DNA from: Fonticula alba ATCC 38817
Taxonomy: Eukaryota; Protista; Nucleariida
NCBI GenBank assembly: GCA_000388065.2
Contig: KB932205.1
Direction: 5' to 3' (one strand)
Length of the DNA stretch: 12,962 nt
The notes under the pieces are model-generated. The model searched no databases. It was not told the origin of the DNA and saw only the letters and a program-made list of their open reading frames with translations. This document shows, one piece after another, positions 1-9,306 of the stretch. How positions within the stretch are numbered: position 1 is the first letter of the stretch; every line of letters starts with the position of its first letter. Made by a program: the position numbers and the translations under genes.

Positions 1-34
<34 letters not shown>

Positions 35-47
35 TGTATGTGTGTGT
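1..47. repeat. Imperfect (TG)n microsatellite, truncated by the window edge
   Basis: TG dinucleotide run with two TA interruptions. Confidence 0.95.
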
Positions 48-511
48 GCCGGCCAGCGGGAGCCGCGAATGTCCGGCCCATTGGCACCTGCGACCAGGCC
101 CAGTAACTGCCCTCGAGGTTGGGCATGGCCAGATCACATCCCCGTCCGGACGCCACGCATCCCCCGACCACGCTCGGGCTGGCTGCTGGAGCGGTGGCAG
201 ATGCGCGAGCGCGGGCTCCACCCGCTCTAGTGTGGGAAACCCCTTGCTACTGGTGCCGATGGGCTCACACACCTGCGCGGACACGCGCGCGGGCTCGGAC
301 GTACGCAGCATCCCCGACCACGCCCGGCCTCCGGGCCGTTGATATGGCTGTACGGTGGGGTCCAGGCGCCCTGTCCGCCTGGCATCGGCTCCATCCCCCC
401 CCCCCCCTCCCGCCTCCTGAGCACCTCATATTCCCTTCCCCCTCCTTTTTTTTTCCCTCTCTCCCCCGCCTGCTCTTGGACCCTCGCCGCTTGGCAGCCG
501 ATCCCGCCGCC

Positions 512-752
512 ATGAGGTCCGACACCGACACCCACTCTTCCACCATCGCCAACCTGACCGCCTGACTAACCGACCAACCGTCTGCCACTACAGCCCCAGC
601 GCCCGCGGGTCCGATGCCCCGGTGGTCATCCGTGAGACGGACCGCTCAACAATGGCCATCCTCAGCCACCTCCCGGCACACATCCGCAAGACCTGTGCGC
701 TGCTTTGTCACTGCCCTGCCATGTCCACAGGCTTCACCACGCCGACATCATG

Positions 753-789
<37 letters not shown>

Positions 790-3700
790 CGCCCGCTCGC
801 GCAGACACCCAATCGGCCCAGATCATCCTCGACCCGCCGAATGGCCATCTCATTGCCCTGCACGAGGCGAATTGCCTCCTCTGGCCGTACTCCCAGGTTG
901 GTTCCATCCTCCTCCTTCCTGCCTGCCATGACTCGTCCACCTGTCTTCCCTCAACTCACTCGCCTATTCCCCCTTGCGTGGTGGTGGCCCACCCAGCCGG
1001 TCAAGGGCCACAGGGTGTTCCATCTGCCCTTCCGTATGCCAGTTGGCGACTGTTCGCGGCCGATGGCCTGTCTGCTGGCAGGCGGCCCGGCGCCGCTGGC
1101 CCTCGTGGTCTGCTCGCCGGCCGGGGAGATTGCCCTCTGGCCGACGGTGTCCGACCCTGGGGCCGTGGAAGTCCTCCGACTGGGGGACATCCTGCGCTCC
1201 GGCGACCCGGGCCCCGGGGCCGTGGTTCATGTTTACGGGTCCTCCCTGGGGGCCTTCCTGCTGACGGCCTCCGGGCGCCTTTTCTGTCTGTCCTTATCGC
1301 GGGCGCTTTTCGTGCCAGCCATCCACCTGGATGAGGTCCGTCTAGCTGGGCCATTTGACGCGCCGGCTGTCGGCCATGCGGCGGCTGCCCCCTCGCTGGC
1401 TGCCAGTCTCATCCAGAAGGCTGCCGCTGCCTTTGGCCTGACGGCCCCCTCGACCCCGGCCACCGGAGATGACCATGCCGGCTTTGATGCCCTGGCCGCA
1501 GCGGACCCCCTCTGCCTGGGCTCCTTTGACGGCTGCCTCGGGCCCTTCCACCAGTGCGCTGCCCTAGGCAAACATCCACTCCGCTTGACATTCCCTCCCC
1601 CCCCCCCCACCCCACCCCACCCCCTTCCCTCCGCGCCCCCTCGATGCTGGCCACTGACTCCCCCACCACCGCTTGACTGCCCCTTTCGCGCGCACCCCTG
1701 TAGTGTGCTTACCTCCCTCACTCGCACGCATCTGCTGAGCTGGAATGTCTCGCCTCAGTCGCGCTCGGTGCGTCATGCCCCCAGAGGGAAGGAGGGGGGG
1801 GGCCAGGCGGCGAGGGCTGGTCCACCGCGGTCGCCCCCAGGGGCGAGAGGCACCGGGACATTGGCTTCTTTTTTTAATTTATTTCTCTCTCCACCGCGGA
1901 TGCGCGCCGGCGCCGGTGCATGCACCAACGGCCCCCTGGGTGTGCGGCTTCGCGTGCGTGTGCGTGTGCCGGGATCGCACTTCCGCCCGACGTGGGGGCG
2001 GGGGGGGGGGGGGGGGTGGGCCCAATGACCCTCTCCTGTGCCCAGCTTGACTCATCTCCACTTTCCAGTTCCTCGGCGCGGTCGAGATCAAGCCGCTAAT
2101 CCGCCGGGCCCTCGGTCGGCTGGAGCCCTCGGCATCGTCTCTTCCCCTTGACCATATCACCTTGCTGGACCTGCAGGCCACTCCGGGGGTGTTCCTCCTG
2201 GCCCGGGTCACTTTGCCGGCGGAGGCCCTGCTGTCGGCCCGGGCGCCGCCTGGCTTGGCCGGTGGCCCTCGGTCGGTCCTGCTGGTGGCCGGCCTGCGGC
2301 CGCTCTTGCTGGACGACGGCAGCCGGCTCAGCTGGGACACCACGGTCTGCCGGCTGGTGTGGCTGCCCGTGGAACCGAGCCCCTGTGGGCTAGAGGGGGC
2401 CTCCCTGCGCCTGGCTGTTTCCGGCACCTCGGTGGCCATCTCCTCGCCGGGCTTCGTGGCGCTGACCTCGCTCGAGGATGGTACGTGCGGGGCCGGCGAA
2501 AATGGTTTCCCCCTCCCCCGGAGCTGGTCTCTTTCCACTTTCCTGCTTCCTCCTCTGCACATGGGCATTTCTCTTTCTGACACACGCGCCCTTCCTCTCC
2601 TCCCCCGCCCCTCCCCCCGTGCTACGATGGCGCCCTGCATCCAGTTGAGGAGGACGACCAAATCATCCGCACCATGGAGGGGGATCGCTTTGCGGCGGTG
2701 GCCCTGGCGACGACTGCCCCCCCGGCTGGAACCTCCGGGACTGGAGCCCCGCCGTCGGACCTGCTGGTCTTCGCGGCCCGACATGCGTCTCTCCTGCGGC
2801 TGAGCCAGCCGGCCCTGACTCCCGTGCCGGCCGGGCACCTGATCCCGGCCGAACACCGTCGGACCCAGGCTTTCCGGACCATGCTGACCGAGTATCTGGC
2901 CATCGGGGCCAGTGCTCCGATCGCGGTGGAGATGCTTCGCCAGGATGTCGGCCCGCTGGGTCGGGGCGGGGCCACCTCGCTGGCTTTCCCGTCGACCACA
3001 GACCCGCTGTTTGAGCGCGTCATCCGGCAGATGGTGGAGGAGCTGCTTCAGCCGTCGACCCTTGCCACGCACCTGACCCCGGTGCTGCCGCTGCAGGAAG
3101 TCGGTGCGCATCTGGGCCTCCTGCAAGTCCGCCTCGGGCGACTGATCAGCGACCCGCGGCTGCGCCTGTCCGGCTCGCTGCGGTCGCACCTGCTGAAGGA
3201 GGCCGAGCGAGTGGCCATGGCGCAGGCTCTGTGGTTGGTGCTGTTTGGCCAGTCGCAGTCGCAGTCGCAGTCGCAGTCGCAGTCGCAGTCGCAGTCGCAG
3301 CCGCAGACGGCTGGGGCCCCGAGTGGTGCTCCCCTGGCCTTCGGCCCGGAGTTCGCCCTCGATGTGGAGGCCCTGCACACGGTGAAGAAAGTGCTTGGCA
3401 CCTTCACGGTTAACACCTTTGCTCAGAACCCGGCGCTGGTGGCACTGGAGCGTGAGGTGCTGGTGACTGGGCCCGGTCGGGCGGCTGCTCTGACCGATGC
3501 CCGGTGTCGGTTCCTGTTGACCTACTACCCGGCGGCCCTGTTCGGTGCGCACAGCGAGGCCATTCGAAACGTCCTGGACCAGGCCCAGCAGAAGCTGCTC
3601 TCCATCTTGGACTCCCTGCCGCCGGCCAGCCAGAAGGCCCTCATGGACCCGGGCCCCTTCACCGGGCCCCTGCTGACCATTGCCCGGCCGGATTTGGCTT

Positions 3701-6569
3701 CGCGCTTCCTGCTGCTTACGCGCCTGGGCTTTGTACGTGTGCCAGACTCATGCGCCCGACCAGCCGTCTCTTTTCCCCCCATTCCCCCCCCCCCCCCCCC
3801 CCGGCGGCCTGGTGGCATTTCCTCTTCCCCCTTTGCCTCTTTGTCCCGCTTACGAACGGCGCTGGCCCTTGCCTCCTGTTGCTAACACGACCGCCTCCGC
3901 GTGTGGGCGGCTGCCATTGCTTCCCCGGCCCCATGGGCGCCTGCGAATGTGACCGATCGCGCGCCATGCACGCAGATCATGGCGGAAAATGCGCACGCCT
4001 TGCGTTTGGCACATGCCGACACGATTGGGTCCCTGCCGCCGATTGACTGGCCATCGACCGAGCCCTGGCTGCTGGATGTCCTGGCACAGTTGTACCTGCC
4101 GCTGGTCCGGCTAGAGGGGTACACCCCGCTGGGGCTGCTGGTGGCAGCCACATCGCGACTGCTGGATGGCATCCGTCTGCGGGGGGAGTTCTGTCGACAT
4201 GCCCATGGGCTGGACTCCGAGCAGGCGACGCGCATGGCCCGCGGGTATCACCGGGCCCGGTGGGCTTTCATCAGCTCGCTGGCCTTCCATCCCGGGCCAA
4301 TGCCCCTGCCTTCGGCATTGGGGGGAAGCATCTCCGGCGAGCAGGCGGCCATCAACCTGGCCGAGGTGTATGGGGACAATGTGTCACTGGTGCAGCTGGT
4401 GCTCAGTCGCCCGGGTACTTGGCCCATCCTGCGGAGCTACATGGCCAATCCGCTCTTTGGCAAGGCTTTCAGTTTCCGGCTCTTCCGCCGGCTGCTGACG
4501 GCCGGCGAGGTGGCCAGCGTTCTGCAGGGCCAGGCCGGCATGGCTCTGCCCTTCCTGGGGGAATTCTTCCAGGCCGAGGAGCAGGCCGAGTTGGAGGCCG
4601 CGCAAAGGGTCGCCGGGCGTCGCCAGCATCCGGGCCCGGCGGCCGAGCGCCCGGGCACCCAGGCGGGGGTTCCCTTTGCCGAGGCGGCCCAGGCGGCGGC
4701 GGTCCTGGCCAATCCCCCGATCGGGGAGCATTTCGTGCACTCCGATGACCTGGTGTCCATCTGGCGAAACATGTGTCTGCCCTTCACCGGCATGGGAGGA
4801 ACCACGCTGCCGGCCGAGCCCGGGCTCGATGAGCCGGATGATGGTTGTGCGGCCCCCACGCAACCGGGTCAAGCCCCGGGCATGACGGCTTCGCTGGCTT
4901 GGCTGGTGGATCTGGATGATGGCCCGATGGAGCAGGCCTCGGTCGAAGAGCCGCCGCAGGGGCTGTGCACCCCGCGCGGACCGGTGCGCGGCTGCCTGCG
5001 GCTGCTGGCCACGGTGGCCCGGAGCTCGACCTTCCTGGGCAAGGCCTGGCCGCAGCAGACACACACGCCCACCCATGTGGAGCAGCAGGCGCGCCTGCTG
5101 GCCCTGGCCCGACTGGCCATTCGCTCGATTCCACAGGAGACGCAGGCTAACACGAACTCCGGTACGCATGACAGGGCCACGGTGGCAGAATGCAGCCGAG
5201 TCGTGGCTCCGGACTTGATGGGNNNNNNNNNNNNNNNNNNNNNNNNNNNNNNNNNNNNNNNNCGCTCTTTTTCCTCGTTCTTCCTCCACCGCCGCCCTCT
5301 TGCTGCCGCTGCCCCTTACTGACACCTCCCCGCCGGGGCTCGATGACCAAGTTCTGTTGCTGCACTGCCTGACGGACCTGCTGCAGATGGAGCGCGAAAT
5401 GACTGCGGCTCTGGTGGCTGTGCTGCCCAAGGGCGGGATCTCGCCCCGGCGCGCGGGCCGCATGGTTTTGAGCCATGTTCTTGGGCTCTTGGCCAAGTCA
5501 CCCACCGGCGAGCTGGCCGGCATGCGCGATGCTGTGCTGCATGCATTCCAGCTTTGTGCTCTCCTGTCGAGTGTTCGTGTCTCCCCCCCCCCCCTTGCCG
5601 CCTCTTCTGGGCCTTGGTGTTCCTTTTGCTCATGCTGTCACTTCCCCCGGTCTCCTGCCCGCCGCCCCTTCCACTCACCCTGCTGCCACCCTTCTGCCCC
5701 TCTCCCCAAAGGTGGACTTCATCCTGCGGGAGCTCCTGCGTGCAGATGTCCACCCGGTCTTGGTGAGCTTGATTCAGTTGCACATGGGCTTGAACCGGGT
5801 CCCGACGGCCGAGCCGGGCCAGCCTCAGCGCAGCTGGCTACAGGAGGCCATTCACCTGCTTTGGGAGGCAGCCATTCATGTGGACTTGTGCGTTTGATCG
5901 GCCGGCTTAACCGTGACAAGGGGCATTCTCTGGCCGCCTGGCCGTGTACATGGGCGGTCTTCTCTCCCCTTGCTCGCTTCCCCCCTGGCCGCCTCTTTGC
6001 CTCGTCACTGACCCGCCCCCCCCCTCCTCCTCCTCCCTCCTTGGCCACCTCCCAGCCCTTCGCCCGATGCCACGCAGGCGTCCTTGCTGGAGGCCGGTGA
6101 TGAGCGCATGCGCGCCACCCTGTCCGGCACGCTGCTCTCGCACTTCCTGCAGTACACCGCGGCGCTGGACCGCTTCCTGGGGCCGGCCCTTGAAAAGGTG
6201 CAACTCATCGACCAGGAGTCTGACCAGCCCGTTCGGCCGGCTGGGCAGGAGGAGGGTGCCCTTCTCCAGGCCTTGGACTTGGCCCCGCCGGCCAGCCTGT
6301 TGCCTGTCTACTTTTCTGACTCGAGCAAAATGGAGGAGCCCGGGCCAGGGCGCCGCTCCGCGAAGGGCAAGGCCATGGGTACCTCCAAGGCCAAGAACGC
6401 GGCCATGGACCCGGCATTGGCCGGTCAACTCCGCGCCTCGGCCGATCGCAAGAGCAAGCTCCTGAAGCAGGTGTCTCAGCTGGTTTTGGACCAGCTCCAT
6501 GCCCAGAAGGCATCCAGTCACCCGCTGCTGCGTTTGTCCCCGGCCACCAGGGACAAGCAGAAGGCCTGA
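512..6569 (+). CDS. NUP133: Nucleoporin Nup133-like (Y-complex), 11 exons: join(512-516,594-694,805-896,997-1553,1704-1767,2069-2480,2645-3732,3976-5161,5352-5572,5712-5887,6056-6569), 4416 nt, about 1471 aa
   Basis: All 10 GT-AG introns join in phase and the total length is divisible by 3. The start lies in a GCCGCC-ATG context. Motifs recalled as Nup133-like occur in the expected order. Beta-propeller: LPAHIRK..IILDPPNGHLIALHEANCLLWPY, LVVCSPAGEIALWPTV, FLLTASGRLFCL, VLTSLTRTHLLSW. Helical region: HLLKEAERVAMAQAL, AINLAEVYGDNVSLVQLV, FSFRLFRRLLTAGEVASVL, SLAWLVDL, RLLALARLA. Intron 8 contains a 40-N gap, so a hidden micro-exon cannot be excluded. The donor at 5573 and acceptor at 5351 are the least certain junctions. 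Confidence 0.8.
517..593 (+). other. Nup133 intron 1 (77 nt) after a 5-nt first coding exon, with branch point CTGACTAAC at 562-570
   Basis: ATGAG|GTCCGA ... CTGACTAAC ... CTACAG|C. Splicing gives MSPSARGSDAPVVIRE, in frame with exon 2. Unspliced, the ATG frame stops at 563-565. Confidence 0.75.
755..786 (+). repeat. (CA)16 microsatellite in Nup133 intron 2
   Basis: Direct reading. It is the source of the HTHTHT and VCVCVC artefact ORFs. Confidence 0.95.
3250..3300 (+). repeat. Coding hexamer repeat (CAGTCG)8-CAG encoding Q(SQ)8
   Basis: Perfect tandem array inside Nup133 exon 7. Confidence 0.95.
5223..5262. other. Assembly gap (40 N) within Nup133 intron 8
   Basis: Run of N. Confidence 0.99.
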
Positions 6570-7279
6570 TGGCCATCTCCCTGCACACATGCGCTCGGGC
6601 CTGTGGCGGGCGTACGCGCATGCGTGCATGCACTCGCCGTAACAGGCAGGCGCTCACGCCCTTGTGGCCCTCCTCGATCAAAATACACCCGACTGCTTGC
6701 TCGCTTGATTTGGTTCCTTCCGCGCTGGGCACATCATGGCCAGCGAGCCGGCAGCCAGGAACTGCGCAAAGGCAGGGGACGGCCAGGTGGCAGGTAGTGG
6801 TTGTGGGTGAAGAGAATGGTGGCCCTGGGTGATTGGCCACGTGCGGTGGTCACGCTGGGGTGGGGCACACCGCCCTCCTGCCCCTGGGCCACGATCGGGG
6901 AGCGGGCCAGCTGGGGCTGCGCGCGTTTGTTCGTGATCGGTCGTTCCGGGTGCCCCACATATTTGTGGCCCGGGCCCCGCTCCGAGTGTGGAGGCCGGAA
7001 GGAGTCCCCCCTCCTCCCGCCGGCTCTGGTCAGTGAAGGGGCCAAGTGTACGCTGTTCCCCCAAAGGGGGGGGGCGGCGGGTGAGGCGGCGCGCCGAGGG
7101 TCATGCCCGGCGGGCATCCCATACGGCGCGTCTTTTCACGCGCTCGGGCCGGGCGATCGGCAGGGCAGCCGGACCGGACCAGCTGGGGCAAGATGTCATT
7201 CATGCGTGCAGAACAGGAGGCGGCCGAGGGGAGAGAACGCGCTATCCCGGGCCTTCATCTGAGTGGTGGGGGGGGGGGG

Positions 7280-7510
7280 NNNNNNNNNNNNNNNNNNNNN
7301 NNNNNNNNNNNNNNNNNNNNNNNNNNNNNNNNNNNNNNNNNNNNNNNNNNNNNNNNNNNNNNNNNNNNNNNNNNNNNNNNNNNNNNNNNNNNNNNNNNNN
7401 NNNNNNNNNNNNNNNNNNNNNNNNNNNNNNNNNNNNNNNNNNNNNNNNNNNNNNNNNNNNNNNNNNNNNNNNNNNNNNNNNNNNNNNNNNNNNNNNNNNN
7501 NNNNNNNNNN
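7280..7510. other. Assembly gap (231 N), preceded by a G12 run
   Basis: Run of N after G at 7268-7279. Confidence 0.99.
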
Positions 7511-7942
7511 GGCAAATATCCCCGCCGAATCCCATGGGGCGGGGTGCAGGGGAGGGGCAGGCCGGCTCTTTTACTGGAGGTGGCGATGGCCTCCCGCTCT
7601 ACTCCCCTTGCTCAAGGATGGGGAGAGAGGCGGGCTGGTGGCGCAGCGCATGGCCCCAAACAGGGTCGTCTGTCCCCCCCCCCCGTCCAAATGTCCGCAC
7701 AACAAATACGACATGTTTGGGGCTCGTTTCGGTGCTCATATCCGACGATCTTCCGTGCTGCTCGGGGGGGACGCGGGCCACGGCGTTTCCCGGGAAAGCC
7801 AGATCTCCCGGACTCGCGCTCTAAGGTTTCAGGCTGTTGTTCCTCCCCCTCCCGCGGTGCTGGGACAATGAGCACCCCGGAGAGATAAATACCTTTTCCA
7901 GCGACCACAGCCTGCCACCCATCCCGCCTTCAGGCTCGACCT

Positions 7943-7960
7943 ACACGCACGCTCACACGC

Positions 7961-7996
<36 letters not shown>
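7943..7996 (+). repeat. Degenerate CAC/CACG units followed by (AC)15, upstream of the thioesterase ATG
   Basis: Direct reading; the pure (AC)15 run is at 7967-7996. Confidence 0.95.
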
Positions 7997-7997
<1 letters not shown>

Positions 7998-8092
7998 GAC
8001 ACATCCATCCCGGCATTTTCCCATCCCCCTGTTCCTCCCTCTCTCTCTCCCTCCCTCCCTCTCGCCCTGTCCCCCTCCTCCATCTCGCAAGA

Positions 8093-9124
8093 ATGCTGCA
8101 TTACCTGTATCGCAACCTCGGCGTCCTGTGGCGTGCATCGCGTCGGCCGAGCCTGCGCCTGCAGCAAACTTCGGTTCTGCGTCTGCGCGTCGGCTTCAGC
8201 GACTTGGATTACAACCTCCACATGAACAACGCCAAGTACCTGACGGCCTTCGAGCTGGGCCGACTGGACCTGGTCGTGCGCACCGGCATGGGCGCGGCCC
8301 TGTGGAAGGACAGTGCGTGAATTAGTCCCTCCTCCTTTCCCCTTATCCCTGCCCTCCGGCCTGGCCAAGCAAAGTTACTGACCCTTCTTCTTTCCTCCTC
8401 TGGATCCCCTCCGCCTCGGCCCCATGGCGCTCGGGCATCAACCTGCTCGGCTTCCTCCCACCCACCCGCCCTGGCAGACTATTACCCTATCCTGGCATCG
8501 TGCAAGATCCGCTACGTCTCGTCCCTGGCCTATGGGGAGGATTATCGCGTGCACTCCCGTGTGTCGGGCTGGTGCTCGCGCTGGATCTATGTCGAGCAGG
8601 CCATCTATTCATCGGCCCCCCGGTCCAAGAGCCCGGATGCCCCGAAGACCGGTGGCCGACTGGTGGCAACCTTCATCACCCGGGCAGCGCTCCTGCGCCG
8701 GCATCCCGTCAAGGACCAGTCCAAGATCGTGCCCCCTGTGGAGGTCTACCGCCGGGCATTGAGCATGCTGGCGGACACGGACCCCTCCGATCCGCTGTTG
8801 ACCCAGGAAGTCCCGGCGGTGTTCCTCCCCCGGTATATCCAGGACTTCGACGAGTCGGAGACCGGCTTCTTCAATTCCATGAAGCAGCATGGCATCCTGC
8901 CGGAGGCCACGGACTTCAGCACCGAGTTCCCTCTCATCCCGAAGATGTTCTTCTGGGCCTTCGGCTCCACCCCCACCGAGGACAACGACCGGCAGTTCAA
9001 TCGCGACTCCATCCCGTGGGAGCGCCAGCGCAGCGATGCCGACCGCCTGGAGTTCGATGATACTGGCCCAGTTCGCCCGGCGACCACCGACCCTGGCGCG
9101 GGGGACAGCACCAAGCAGGACTAG
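8093..9124 (+). CDS. Hotdog-fold thioesterase (4HBT-like / THEM6-like acyl-CoA thioesterase), join(8093-8312,8478-9124), 288 aa
   Basis: Exon 1 encodes LRVGFSDLDYNLHMNNAKYLTAFELGRLDLVVRTG, the D-x-D-x-N-x-H-x-N-N-x-x-Y signature. The phase-1 intron (GTGCGT...TACTGAC...GGCAG) joins to YYPILASCKIRYVSSLAYGEDYRVHSRVSGWCSRWIYVEQ, which supplies the hotdog beta-strands. The stop is TAG at 9122-9124. Confidence 0.85.
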
Positions 9125-9246
9125 TTCGTGCCTCGCTATCTGGTGCGGTACTCTGGGACTCCGGGTGAAAGTCCGCCAGGAAACCGGGGCCAGCCTTACA
9201 TCTCTCACAAAATGACATACACACATGCCCCCCCCCCCCCCCCCCC

Positions 9247-9306
9247 NNNNNNNNNNNNNNNNNNNNNNNNNNNNNNNNNNNNNNNNNNNNNNNNNNNNNN
9301 NNNNNN
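9247..9306. other. Assembly gap (60 N) flanked by poly-C
   Basis: Run of N between C19 (9228-9246) and a further C run. Confidence 0.99.

Noticed and set aside
48-342. Possible terminal exon of an upstream + gene, or first exons of a divergent - gene (ATGCTGC|GTACGT at 311-299; CAG|GTGCC near 88)
   Set aside because: Several frames are open, none has a recognisable motif, and the putative minus-strand intron lacks a branch point and an AG-free zone. It cannot be resolved from this window.
622-2028. 468-aa ORF as a single exon
   Set aside because: It reads through four introns, translating (CA)n as HTHT and C runs as poly-Pro. The real exon 3 (805-896) is in a different frame.
1879-3552. 557-aa minus-strand ORF (also 4384-5523, 8609-9481 and 10772-11638)
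   Set aside because: These are antisense shadows of GC3-rich coding exons. They have no recognisable motifs, and the RLRLRL run is just the reverse of the SQ repeat.
6567-6797. TGA read-through extension of Nup133 (about 75 codons open to the next stop)
   Set aside because: The context is TGA-TGG rather than a typical read-through motif, and the extension translates UTR-like repeat sequence.
9140-9193. Imperfect hairpin containing GAAAGTCC after the thioesterase stop (RNase P CR-I-like, hammerhead-like or SECIS-like)
   Set aside because: There is no matching CR-V, no CUGANGA core and no AUGA/GA quartet, and the gene has no in-frame TGA.
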